A stretch of 51,937 nt of DNA from Flectonema sp. DT1601. Lineage: Eukaryota. Both the position numbers and the translations under genes were made by a program. Each line of letters begins with the position of its first letter. The first letter of the stretch is position 1. Shown here one piece after another: positions 9,641-21,008 of this stretch. Location: contig OZ025780.1 of the NCBI GenBank assembly GCA_964019425.1, positions 1,860,001-1,911,937 on the forward strand, read 5' to 3'. Below the pieces are notes generated by a model, which saw nothing but the letters and a program-made list of their open reading frames with translations, ran no database searches and had not been told where the DNA came from.

Positions 9641-12600
9641 ACGGCCTCACGGCAGTTACAAGTCTTCGGGAGTGGGGGGTTGTGTGATTCCTTCTTCACG
9701 CAGGAGTCACGCCCCCCTGGTGAGAAATAATAATAATAAAACTAACAATGATAATGATAATATTGTACTTTTGTATAGGTACTGTATTGTAATAACGCGA
9801 TTGTTTTGCAATGTAATCAGTTCACTTTCACATTTCAATTCCCCAAATGACCTTCCCGGCGCAACATTTCTTTATTTTCTTTTTTTTAAATAATTTTTAT
9901 AAACACTTTCTTTTCGTTGATTTCGTACCTTTCTTTTAAAGTCTAGCGAATGGCATTCCTTCCGTGGTGATTCCCCTGAACGCACAAACAAATACGCCTT
10001 GCGTGTCGGGGGGAAAGGTTTTGCCGCTGACTTTAGGTTATTAATTTGTTGTTTGTTCTGTTAGTTTGTTTGCAATCATTCTTTCTTCTTTTTGTTATCA
10101 GGAAGGACATGTCACAAGTGATGTGGTGGAGAGGAAGTGGGGGGAGGAGAGTAAGTTAAGTGGAAAATGGTACCACTTGCCGTGTGATGGAAGGAGGGAT
10201 CGTTGAGAGGGCTTTGCGGTGATGGTGACATGAGAGGGTGTTTGCAATTTTGTAACTTTTGTATATTTTTCAATTTTTTTTAACAGGAGCTGAACTTATG
10301 ATGAGGTGAGCAGAAGCTTCACTAAACCTCCTCGCGGTGTGTGTGTATGCATGTATGTGTTGTGCGTTGTTTGTTGAAACTCTGACGAGTTCTCATTACC
10401 CTTTGTGTGTGTTGTGTGTTCATACGTGTAGTTTGAGTGCTCGTGTGTCTGTGTCAGATGTTTCTGTGAAACTATTTCTTTTGCCTTCCTTGATTTTTCT
10501 GAACTTGTTCTTCGTGTTGTGATTTGTGGTGAAGTTGTGTTGTGTTGTGTTTTTATTTGTAGCTACTAATTCCGATTTCGTACAAAAGGCGATTATCTGT
10601 TTTGATTTCTCTTTTACTCATCCACCCGTTGCATTTAAAGGCTAGAAAATCCTGGAGAAGAACCAACGTAGAGATGAACAAGGCAGAGTTTTATTGAAAA
10701 AAGCAAGACGAAAGTTTGAACAGAACTATTCAAAGAAGTTAATAATAGCCGACGGAAATGATAAAGAAGACAGAAAAAAAATGCTAACGAACCCCCTCAT
10801 TGGATTCGAAGATTTGCGAGCCACGAAGTGAAGAGAATAATAAAATGCAGGCAATCATAGTAGCACGCAGCGGCTCTTGAAATTAAGAGATAACGGAAGA
10901 AGAAGCGGTTGAAAGATTGCCCCTGGTTCTGTACGAAGATGCTTCACCCTTATGAAAAGAAAATAGACTTTAACGCAAGTATTCATAAGAAGTTACTGCC
11001 ATCCGGCTTACCGACCAAAACATCCTATGGCCTCAGTAGGACGTTAGGATCGAAAGTATTTAACACGAACACGATCGAACTAGAACAGGCACTTCTACTA
11101 AAGAAGAGAATTGTAATGCCAAACATGTTGCAGGACATTGTTCTTCTTTGAAATGTAGCACTCAATTGAGGGAAGTGTTAAAGTTATGAATACTTTACCG
11201 TATTCACTGTTCACAACATGAGATGACACAAGAACTTCATGAAGCAGCTGATGGATTTACCGACAAGGTCACCAGATATATGTCAGGCGCATAAATAGAT
11301 GGCTGAAATTAGAACTCTCGGCACAATTAAAACCTACCTAACGATGCAACTTTGGCAAAATGTGAAAGATCTAATCTGGTACATGAATTAAAAACTATAT
11401 GAAACTTGCTATAACGTAGGGGTGGTTACCGAGTAATGGCGCCTCTGTTTTATGTTTTATGTTTTATTCCCTGTATCAGGCTTTTTGGCCTTTAATCTTT
11501 TGGGGCATCCTTTCTGTTGTTCTTGCTCTCTGTTAATTTTAATTCTCTGTTTCATTCAGTTTTTCTTAGAAAACGCAAAATGAACTTAAAACAAATAATC
11601 CTCTGCCAAAGCTTTTTGCAACAGACATTAAATTTTGTGTCTACTGCTTCCCTCCTTCGTTCCTTCTCAGTTCCTCTTTCTTAGTTGCCCATTTTTATCT
11701 TCTTGATGTGGTACTTCAGTTTCAGGGTTTTACCTTCCACAATCTTTTGGGAAGGCAAAACCCTGAACCATAGCAGCATCTTCTTTCCACATCCCCTTGG
11801 CCTTTTGCAATGTTTCAGGATCTGCCTTCCCTTTTTCAATTGCAGTTTCTTGGGCAGCTGCACCCTGCAAGTAATCGAAGCTGTTGTTCGGGAAAAAGGG
11901 TCACCGTATTGTGTGTTCTTTCAAAATTCCTTTAAATTTGAATTAAATTTGAAAAAGTGAAACAGGGTTCGAAATCTGAATGGTAATTGTCCTTCCATGC
12001 TTTGCACCTGTTGAAATAATAAAACTTAAAAACTACACACGCACCAAAAACAAGCGATTACACTAGAACGCGCGAACCCACAAACCTGCAAACCCTTACC
12101 ACTTGGGAACCTTGCAAATGGCAGTGTTTAATTTATCTAATATCATTTTCTCTTGTTTTCATTTCATTATTTATTGCGAATTTCGTAATATCATCCTTTG
12201 TCTTTTCTGCTCTAGTGTGCAACGAAGTTTGAGTTCTCATCTTCGATCATTTCCTAGAATTCATTCAGGTAATCAAGCTTAGCACCGGAAAGAAATAATC
12301 AAAGGAATCAGACAGAAAAGTGTATGATTCCGAAGTTGGAAAAATGAACAAAACAACAGACATTTTTTATATATTCTTTAGCCTTCTATTTTTTCAAAAA
12401 GAAATTCTTTATACAGCTCGATCACTTCTTTCTCTCACACTCACGTTTTCGAAGCGGTCGGAGCTTCAGGAGCAACTACTGATAGCATCCGAAGATCCTG
12501 TAGAAAAGGCGAATGCCTTGATAGTAAAAAAGAAGAGAGCACGCCCACCAACCTTTGTAAAGAAACTGAATGTGGGTAACCGCTTTCAGTTCAGACCGAA

Positions 12601-12692
12601 GGGAAACTTTAACGCCGGGGGGGGCTCACGTCTACAGGCGAAGTGAACCGCGGGAACCCCTTCTATCGCAAGTCAGCATGGAGCTGCAAGTT

Positions 12693-13555
12693 CGTCCAGC
12701 CTGGGACTGTACAGGAACAAAAATCAATTGAAGGCCGATCTGTCGTTGAGAACGGTGTCCGACCTGGGACTGTACAGGAACGTAAAACTATTGCAAGTCG
12801 ATCTGTCAGAGAGAACACCGTCCGACCTGGGACTGTACAGGAACGCAAATCAATTACAAATCGATCTGTCAGTGGGAACTCCGTCCGACCTGGGACTGTA
12901 CAGGAACGCGAATCAATTACAAGTCGATCTGTCAGTGGGAACTCCGTCCAACCTGGGACTGTACAGGAACGCAAATCAATTACAAGTCGATCTGTCAGTG
13001 GGAACTCCGTCCAACCTGGGACTGTACAGGAACGCAAATCAATTACAAGTCGATCTGTCAGTGGGAACTCCGTCCGACCTGGGACTGTACAGGAACGCGA
13101 ATCAATTACAAGTCGATCTGTCAGTGGGAACTCCGTCCAACCTGGGACTGTACAGGAACGCAAATCAATTACAAGTCGATCTGTCAGTGGGAACTCCGTC
13201 CAACCTGGGACTGTACAGGAACGCAAATCAATTACAAGTCGATCTGTCAGTGGGAACTCCGTCCGACCTGGGACTGTACAGGAACGCGAATCAATTACAA
13301 GTCGATCTGTCAGTGGGAACTCCGTCCAACCTGGGACTGTACAGGAACGCAAATCAATTACAAGTCGATCTGTCAGTGGGAACTCCGTCCGACCTGGGAC
13401 TGTACAGGAACGCAAATCAATTACAAGTCGATCTGTCAGTGGGAACTCCGTCCAACCTGGGACTGTACAGGAACGCAAATCAATTACAAGTCGATCTGTC
13501 AGTGGGAACTCCGTCCGACCTGGGACTGTACAGGAACGCAAATCAATTACAAGTC
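12693..13555 (+). repeat. 63-bp tandem repeat, ~14 units
   Basis: Same unit and same truncation point as 2921-3405; six more units. Confidence 0.95.
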
Positions 13556-13588
13556 AAACCCGCAAACCCGCAAACCCGCAAACCCGCA
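13555..13588 (+). repeat. (AAACCCGC)n tract, ~4 units, left flank of Helitron 1
   Basis: Ends ...cccgca immediately before ctag. Confidence 0.93.
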
Positions 13589-13789
13589 CTAGAGATACCC
13601 CTTCCAGGCTCGCGTTGCTCGCACACAACTTTTTTTTTTTAAGCTTTCTGAACAAACATTATTTTTACAACCAAGTCACGTCTGTTTTTATTCCCTGGCT
13701 AATCGCTCGCGTTAAGTTAAGTCCAATTTTGTACCCTTTTCCTTGCTACTTTCTTCTTACTAATTTTTCTGGTTGAAAAACACAAAAAA

Positions 13790-13859
13790 TGTGCCTGGGA
13801 ATTGAACCCTTGCCATGGCTACCGAAGAGATTTAAGGTATCCACTCGGCTGTGCAGCCC
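13790..13859 (-). pseudogene. tRNA-like (Pol III A/B box) remnant inside the Helitron
   Basis: Minus strand agccgagtgg...ggttcaattcc followed by a T-run. No complete cloverleaf; homologous to 40249-40331. Confidence 0.5.
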
Positions 13860-14032
13860 TGGGATTTTCTTTTTTTTTTTTATTTATTTATTTGTGTGTT
13901 CTTAGCCTCTTTATGGAAATCCTTCCATTTTCCCTTCCCCCCAGTCTTAACGTAGGAGAGTCTACCAGGTGCTTACCCTTCGGGCGCGGGATTTGAACTA
14001 ATTGCGTGTACGGGCGCGATGGGTTATTGCAG

Positions 14033-14096
14033 TGGCAGGGGGTCGAACCAGCGATCACCCAGCCCCAGGGCGAAGGTTATACCACTACCCCTGGGA
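14033..14096 (-). pseudogene. Second tRNA-like remnant
   Basis: Minus strand ggggtagtggtataacc...ggttcgaccccc: A/B-box spacing is tRNA-like but the stems are imperfect. Confidence 0.35.
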
Positions 14097-14178
14097 TATC
14101 GCAACTTTTTATTATTATTACTTTTCTGCAATTTTTATTTATAAATAAGTTTTCGAAAAGGTGGGAAAAAAAAATAAA

Positions 14179-16007
14179 ATGGCTGGTAAGAAAGCAATGC
14201 GTCCGCAAGATAGAAGGGCAGCGGAAAGGAGAGAAAGAGAAAGGAAAGAGGCGAAGATGATGAGGGAACAAGCCAGAAATGAGATCCGGGAAGAAGAAGA
14301 GGGGTCTCAGCAGGAGATAGAGTCCCAGCAACAGGAAGAAATGGAGATGGACTCTCCAGAAGTGCCAGAAGGAATCTCAGTAGAGGTGACCGCAGTAGGA
14401 CCTCCAGCAGCATTTCAAGCAAGCCCTCAAAACAAGGAGGCAATTCAAACAAAGACAAGCCCTCAAAACAAAGAGGCAATTCAAATAAGCCCTCAAAACA
14501 TAGAGGCACAAGGAAGTGTTTTAAAAACAAAACAAAGCCCTCCATCAAATGAGGCACCCCAATCAAGCCCTCAAATCAAAGAGGCACAAAGAAGATCGAC
14601 GGTGATGATGAATGGACCACCACCAAAGTTTAACAAGGAGCATTTTAAATGCAAAATACTCCAGCCAACTGATGACCTCAACAGCAAGACCAACGGCATT
14701 ATACTTGCATTATCTCAACAAGGAAGAAACCTGGACGAAGACTACTTCGAAAAGGCTAGCAAAACGCAACAACTGACGATAGTGTTCACACGACCACCTC
14801 CAAAACGTGCCCTACAACACGCAACTGACTGCAGTCAGATTCAGACGCCAGTCCAATTCGATGGACAATTAAAAATTAGAAGCTGGTGGTTCGTTACAAT
14901 GTCAGGCACGACCCACAGACCAACATTGACCATCGCCAAAAAGGTCAACCCACCGGAGACACATGAACTGATAGCCTGGATGACAAAGAAGGACATCTCC
15001 AAGGCGCAGGTGGAAAGCCCCTCAGCAGTAACAGCCATGATAAAAGCGGTTGTTGCACAACACGGAAGGGTGGATCAAAGATCGTACAGATCAGTGGAGG
15101 GAGACTTTGCGGAGTTAACAATCCTGCCAACGGATGTAGACTCAGCAGTAAAGTTACTGAAGAACTCGGGAACAGACAAGGTCTACTTCCGAATCAAACA
15201 AACGCTGGGACAGTCAGCAACCAAGTACAGTACCGTGTGGCTGGACCGCAAGACGACGAATGATGAGGCAGTTGGCATTCTGAAAGCCCAACAAGACCTC
15301 TGTTACGGACTCACCATCAGCCACGGCAAAATAGGGTTGAGAGTGATTAAAACAAAGGACGTCGACAAAGTAAGGAAGGGAGCTGGGAAGTACGCCAGCA
15401 CTGTATACGGCGAAGGGCTACACCGTCTCAGCGGAGCGCCTTACAGCTGGGGCAACAGGCTCCAGAATATTCTATCGCAGTTGGGACTGAGGTCTAAATT
15501 TGTAAGGATGGATCGGGGTGACTTCATCATCGCGTTGGACAAGAAGCCGGAAACGAAACTTGTCCAATGTGGTGAGGTAGTCATCCTAATTGAAAAATTA
15601 GAAAGTGTGGAAGTGGAAGTGAAGAAACCCGTCGTTGTGAAATACCGCGAGGCCAAGACTTCGTATGCAGCCGCAGTCAAAAAGACGTTACCGACTCCGA
15701 AAAATCCAACAACTGAAGTACAAAACTCTGAGAGCAGTGTTAAGGAACTCAGAGAAAAGACTGACAACATGATGGCACAACTTAAGAATGATGTTACAGA
15801 TCTGCAGAAAAGATAGAGGAGGGACTCTACAATCTAACGAAGGTGGTCGCAACCCTGACGGAGGCCGCTAATAAAAACGAAAAGAACTATAACAACATGG
15901 CCATAGCCATCACAAGTCTGGTAGAATCGGTGAAGCGGATGGAAGCCACTATTGGTCTCGGTCGAACAACAAGTACGAATAAAAACAACAACACTGGCCA
16001 ATCATGA
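14179..16007 (+). CDS. LINE ORF1 (frame broken at ~15808-15816; continues in the shifted frame to TGA 16005-16007)
   Basis: Long ORF upstream of ORF2 with a basic/acidic N-terminus and SPQNKEA repeats. The shifted-frame stop overlaps the ORF2 ATG (ATGA). Confidence 0.75.
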
Positions 16008-19000
16008 TTGTGATTTGGTCAAATAACATTCGCTCAGTTCTGAAACCAGAAAACTACTTCAAACTGAATTGGGCTCTCAAAGAAGAAAAACCTGAAATAA
16101 TACTACTACAAGAAACATGGTTAACCGATGACAAACCCTTCTCTGTTGACGGGTACAAAACTTACAGAAGAGACAGCACCACCAAGATGGGACATCGTGG
16201 GCTCATTACATTGGTAAGGAATGATCTTAAAAATGCGATTACTAAACTCAACGACATCTCATTTGACCAAACTGAGATACTATCAGTAGAATTACAGTCT
16301 AATCCACCTCTTATAATACATAATGTTTACCACCCGCCTGAAATCAAGGCAACAACCTGGAAGATTAAATCAGAACTCGGCACATTAATTGCAGGTGATA
16401 TAAATGGACACCATCCGACATGGTCTAATGGAAATAAGAACACTACTGGCATAAGCTTCTATAATTGGTCACTGGAAGCTGCGATGAAAGTTATTAACAA
16501 CCCTCAACAACACACGAGACCGCTAAGCCTGACATCCCCAGACATTGTAGCCTTGGACAACACGATGGAAGCAGAAGTTAAAATTATGAGAGGGTGGGGT
16601 AGCGACCATCAGCCACTCAAAATAATCATCGAAGAAATAAAGACTCAAGAGCAACATCAGAAAACTTACAATTGGAAATGGAAATGGCACTGTGCCGACT
16701 GGGAATACTACAGAAGAATATTGCAAGCTGCAGCACCCAAGCTGGAACATATAAAAACAGTCCAAAAACTGGGAGCAAGAATAAACAATGAAATACTAAA
16801 GGCAGCGGGAAGGGCCATACCAGGATATAACAAAGAAGTAGGTGGTGCCTTCACAGTGAGGGACCCTGAACTTGAGGAGTTAATGACTGAGACGGATCCG
16901 GATAAAACAACTACGGATGCTATAGCAGAAGGAATCCGAAAGGTAAAACAGAACATTATCGAATGTGATATGTCGGGAAAAGATTATCGGTGGGCCTTTC
17001 GGAAAGTCAAACAGCTAGAAGGTAGAACGATCGATCATGCGATCAGTAACATAACACACAAAGGGAGGGAATTAACTGATTCACAGGAAATAGCAAATGC
17101 TTTTACTGAAACGTACGCAAACCAATTCCCGAAAGATGGGGAAATGGAGACAATTTCGGAACGACCGGATGAAAATGATGAGGAATTTGGGATGTCGGAA
17201 CTGGTGAGACAGCTCACAAAAACGAAGGAAAAGAAAGCACCGGGACCCGACAAGATCTGGAATTCTATGATCAAACAACTGCCGGAAGCCTTTCTCAAAC
17301 AACTGTTGCGACTGTTTAACCTGTCATGGCAACGATCAGCTGTACCAAGGTGCTGGAAAAGCGGTATGGTCATACCCATATTAAAACCAGATAAGGACAA
17401 AAAGCAAGTTCTTTCTTATAGACCGATAACACTCACCTCTTCTATTGCGAAGCTCTTTGAGAGGATGATCGTTGAACGCATGCATCATTTATTAAATAAG
17501 ACGATGAACCCAAGACAGGCGGCCTACAAACGCGGACGAGATGCTACAGAAAACCTATGCATCGTAACTGACCGGCTTCTCAGTGCTAGGGACAGGGGAA
17601 AGGAAGCAATACTAATCACCTTTGATCTACAAAAGGCATTTGACGCGGTACAGCCAAAAACTCTTATGGACAAGATGATGACCGCAGGGTTACCAACAAG
17701 GTATCTGAGGTGGGTACAAAACTATCTGACCGGAAGAAAAATCACAACGAGGGTGAACGGAACAAAAGGTAATTTCCAAAACATACAAGTGGGTGTACCA
17801 CAAGGAAGCGTGCTGGGCCCCCAGCTCTTTTCGATATTTATAAACGATTTAATAGAGAAACTGGAGAAGTTTGAGCCAACCGTCTTTGCTGACGATGTTG
17901 GGATAGTTATCGCATCCGATACCATCAACCGTCTGGAGGATCGAGTCAATGAAGCGGTACGAATCTTTGAGGAATGGGCATTAGACTCCCAAATAAAAAT
18001 TAATAAGAACCCTGGCAAAACTGAATACATTCATGTGAAGCCGAACAGAATGCAGGACAAGTCCCCAGTTGTGGTGTACTCTGAAGAGCATACTTTTAAA
18101 TATGTTGTGGCCACAGCAGAACAGATAAGAAACCTTGTGAAAGACGATGGCACAACAACAGTAGAAAAGAAGGAAGACTATGCTGTCACTCACTTGTACG
18201 TGGTGCCGCCACATAGAATAAAGACAAAGCTGCCGAACAAACCAACAGTAATAAAAACACTAAAGATGAATGCTCAGCGCTTCCCCCAACTAAAGAAAGT
18301 TCACAATCGGGGGGAAATAGATAAGATGTTGGAAACAGTGGGGCCAGGACTTCACGGATTCGCACTTGCAACTGGACGGAAAGTACATAAGACGAAAGTT
18401 GTAAGATACCTGGGAGTACACTATGACGAGAACCTGACATTCGAGTCACAGATGGGGAAAATGATGATAGCTGCATCCAGAGGTCTTGGCTTACTGACTA
18501 GACTTACCCGGATAGGCTGTAGGAAGAGAACGCTGATTAGCATCCTAGTGACGGTGGTCCTAGCAAGGATCCTTTATGGTGTTGAGAGCTTTGCTTGGGT
18601 ACTAACAAGCAACTTTCTCCAGCAACTGGAATTAATTATAAACAGAACAGTGAGGCTGGTCACTGGATGCCTGCGGAGCACAGAATTAACAAGACTGTAC
18701 GAAGAGGCAGACACTCCACGACTAAAGGAACACATCCAATACAAGATGTGCAGAACATATGAACGATTCAAGCTCAGTCCACACCTACCAGCACATGAAC
18801 TGACAAAAACAAAAAGAATGGAAGAGAACCCACCAAAAACGATATGGGGATGGACTGTCTGGAATTACTATGTATCTGGGATCCCTGGTCTTGACATAAA
18901 CAGAAGTATCATAAGCCAAGAAGTAAATCCGGAGCACTACACGCTACCACCGTGGAAAGAAACTAATGCGATGAAGTTCACTTACCCAGGTGACAAAGAC

Positions 19001-19924
19001 GAGGCGAAACGGAGTGAAGCAGACTTACCTGCTCAAGACACGAGAGTTTACACGGATGGGTCGATAAGACACAAGTCTAAGACCTACATGACGAATGCAG
19101 CTGCTGCTGTGGTTATAGTAGACAAAGGCAAGACGTGTCTACTTGGATACAAAATACCGGTGGCGGGTTCCTCCTACAGGACTGAACAGATCGCTGTAAA
19201 ATTGGCGATGGAGAATCTTGTTCAAGCAGCGAAGGAGGAACGAGAATGTCCAACAGCAACGACGCACCTGTTGACTGATTCGATGTCAGTCATGCAGGCA
19301 TTGGAACAAGGACCATACAAACAAAGGTCCCCAATGAATAAAGACATCTGGAAGTTAGCTATGAAGCTAGAGAGGAAGGGTGTTCAAATTAACGTACAGT
19401 ATGTGCCAGCGCACAGAAATGTACGATACAATGAAGTAGCAGACCAGCTTGCGAAGTATGCAGCAGGCCTGAAGGATGATCCACCTTATAAGGATGTAAT
19501 TATTAAACAACTACCCGCTCAACTTGATATGGGAACGATGATGACCTTCCACAAGCGGAGAAAACGGGAGAACTGGTTAGGGCCAGGAGAGGTAAGGCAC
19601 CCTCCATACATTGATGAGCTCACCAGACCGGAAGAAGTGATCATGTCACGCTTTAGAGTGGGACACTGCAGATCCTTGAAACTCAAGGGACAAAATGAGA
19701 AATGCATTTTCTGCAAAGATGCAAGGGCAACACCACATCATGTGGCCTTATTATGTGAACACTGGTGCGTGGAATTCTTAAGAGACAAGTACATCGATCC
19801 TATGATAAACGAAGAAGGAGAAGAACCATGTTCTCTAGAAGACTGTTACTTACCGAATAACCAACGAAGGATGTTAAACTTTGTCACTGCCTTGGACGAA
19901 CTAGCAGTACTAACAGGAAGGTAA
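16004..19924 (+). CDS. LINE ORF2: AP endonuclease, reverse transcriptase, RNase H, C-terminal CCHC
   Basis: APE: LQETWL, GDINGH, SDHQP. RT: APGPD, YRPITL, DLQKAFD, GVPQGSVLGP, FADD, YLG. RNase H: YTDGS, TDS, VPAH..NEVAD. C-terminus: CIFC..HVALLC. Confidence 0.95.
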   Translation: MIVIWSNNIRSVLKPENYFKLNWALKEEKPEIILLQETWLTDDKPFSVDGYKTYRRDSTTKMGHRGLITLVRNDLKNAITKLNDISFDQTEILSVELQSNPPLIIHNVYHPPEIKATTWKIKSELGTLIAGDINGHHPTWSNGNKNTTGISFYNWSLEAAMKVINNPQQHTRPLSLTSPDIVALDNTMEAEVKIMRGWGSDHQPLKIIIEEIKTQEQHQKTYNWKWKWHCADWEYYRRILQAAAPKLEHIKTVQKLGARINNEILKAAGRAIPGYNKEVGGAFTVRDPELEELMTETDPDKTTTDAIAEGIRKVKQNIIECDMSGKDYRWAFRKVKQLEGRTIDHAISNITHKGRELTDSQEIANAFTETYANQFPKDGEMETISERPDENDEEFGMSELVRQLTKTKEKKAPGPDKIWNSMIKQLPEAFLKQLLRLFNLSWQRSAVPRCWKSGMVIPILKPDKDKKQVLSYRPITLTSSIAKLFERMIVERMHHLLNKTMNPRQAAYKRGRDATENLCIVTDRLLSARDRGKEAILITFDLQKAFDAVQPKTLMDKMMTAGLPTRYLRWVQNYLTGRKITTRVNGTKGNFQNIQVGVPQGSVLGPQLFSIFINDLIEKLEKFEPTVFADDVGIVIASDTINRLEDRVNEAVRIFEEWALDSQIKINKNPGKTEYIHVKPNRMQDKSPVVVYSEEHTFKYVVATAEQIRNLVKDDGTTTVEKKEDYAVTHLYVVPPHRIKTKLPNKPTVIKTLKMNAQRFPQLKKVHNRGEIDKMLETVGPGLHGFALATGRKVHKTKVVRYLGVHYDENLTFESQMGKMMIAASRGLGLLTRLTRIGCRKRTLISILVTVVLARILYGVESFAWVLTSNFLQQLELIINRTVRLVTGCLRSTELTRLYEEADTPRLKEHIQYKMCRTYERFKLSPHLPAHELTKTKRMEENPPKTIWGWTVWNYYVSGIPGLDINRSIISQEVNPEHYTLPPWKETNAMKFTYPGDKDEAKRSEADLPAQDTRVYTDGSIRHKSKTYMTNAAAAVVIVDKGKTCLLGYKIPVAGSSYRTEQIAVKLAMENLVQAAKEERECPTATTHLLTDSMSVMQALEQGPYKQRSPMNKDIWKLAMKLERKGVQINVQYVPAHRNVRYNEVADQLAKYAAGLKDDPPYKDVIIKQLPAQLDMGTMMTFHKRRKRENWLGPGEVRHPPYIDELTRPEEVIMSRFRVGHCRSLKLKGQNEKCIFCKDARATPHHVALLCEHWCVEFLRDKYIDPMINEEGEEPCSLEDCYLPNNQRRMLNFVTALDELAVLTGR

Positions 19925-20893
19925 TCTTATAATCGACAAATGTCAAGATCAAGACCGCAGCCTACAAGACTAGGAAGTACTGATGGCAATTTAGCAACAC
20001 ATCCGAAGACGTCCAAGTGGACAATTTACTCTGTAGTATTAGTTTTAAGTTATCAAAACAAAGAAAGGAGATACGAAGCCTACGGGATCCCCACCCCCAA
20101 CCCCCAAAACAAAGAAAGTAAGAAAGAAAGAAAGAAAAAGAACAACCGCGCCTAACAGCGCAATCAGCATCACAGACTCACGGGTCGTGGTGCACACAAA
20201 AAAAAAAAAAAAAAAAAAAAGGTGGGAAGTAACGGACTGGGAGCTTTTGGCTCCTGCCCTATTCCCGATGTAAACTTTCTTTTTTTTTTTTTTTTTTTTT
20301 TTTAACAGGCCCAAAGGGCGACAATGAAAGATGCTGACCAAGGAATAATATTCAAATGAATTTTCGTTTCAAAGAAACGAACAGGATTAAGGGAGGCAGA
20401 AAAAAAAAAAAAAATAATATGAAGAGGAAATAATCAAACATGAAAAAAAAAAATGAAAAAAAAATAAATAAACGTTATATATAAGCAATTTCTTTTTTTT
20501 TTCGCAATTTTTTATTTATTTATTACTTTTCTGTCCCAACGGGACGACAAATGAAAAATGTCCTCCCTTAGCTGAAAATGCACACTGCACCCTGTTTTAT
20601 CATGTCCTTTGTTTTTGTTTTTCTGAAAGATATCTGTAGTTGTTGTTATATTAATATGCTAGCACGAAAACGGCGGCTAGGTTTATGATGATTGGATATG
20701 TGGCTTAGGTTATCTGTTTGTTACATTTGGAAGTATTTTACAACAGGTTTATCGAACCTGTATCTGCAATGTGTGCGACCCTGGGATGGGAATATAGGAA
20801 TTTAGTTATATTAATAAGGTTATTGTTCATTATTTCCAATAAAATAGAAATGTGGGAAGAACTATGGGATGGCGGAACGCAGCCCCCCCCCCC

Positions 20894-20970
20894 AACCCCC
20901 CCCAAGGGGGGGGAGCCACTAATAAAGGCCAACCTCCTGAAAAAGAATCAAGAAAAAACAAAAATGCCCT
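20894..20970 (+). repeat. ~75-bp direct repeat, left copy, beginning with a C8-AA-G8 palindrome
   Basis: Recurs at 24295-24370. Confidence 0.92.
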
Positions 20971-21008
20971 ACACATAATTCGCATTCTGCCCTACAAAAA
21001 ACAATCCT

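Larger units (their letters stand above)
9773..13588 (+). repeat. Segmental duplication, copy 2
   Basis: Matches 1-3438 with 378 extra bases in the 63-mer array. Confidence 0.95.
14168..20220 (+). mobile_element. Non-LTR retrotransposon (I/ingi group; APE-RT-RNase H), two ORFs and poly(A) tail
   Basis: A23 tail at 20198-20220. Candidate TSD (aaaa)ggtgggaa at 14156-14167 and 20217-20228. The 5' boundary rests on that TSD. Confidence 0.85.

Noticed and set aside
14033..14096. U1 snRNA-like words on the plus strand (tggcagggg, gatcac, cccagggcga)
   Set aside because: No adjacent ACTTACC 5' end or Sm site; better explained as an antisense tRNA-like sequence.
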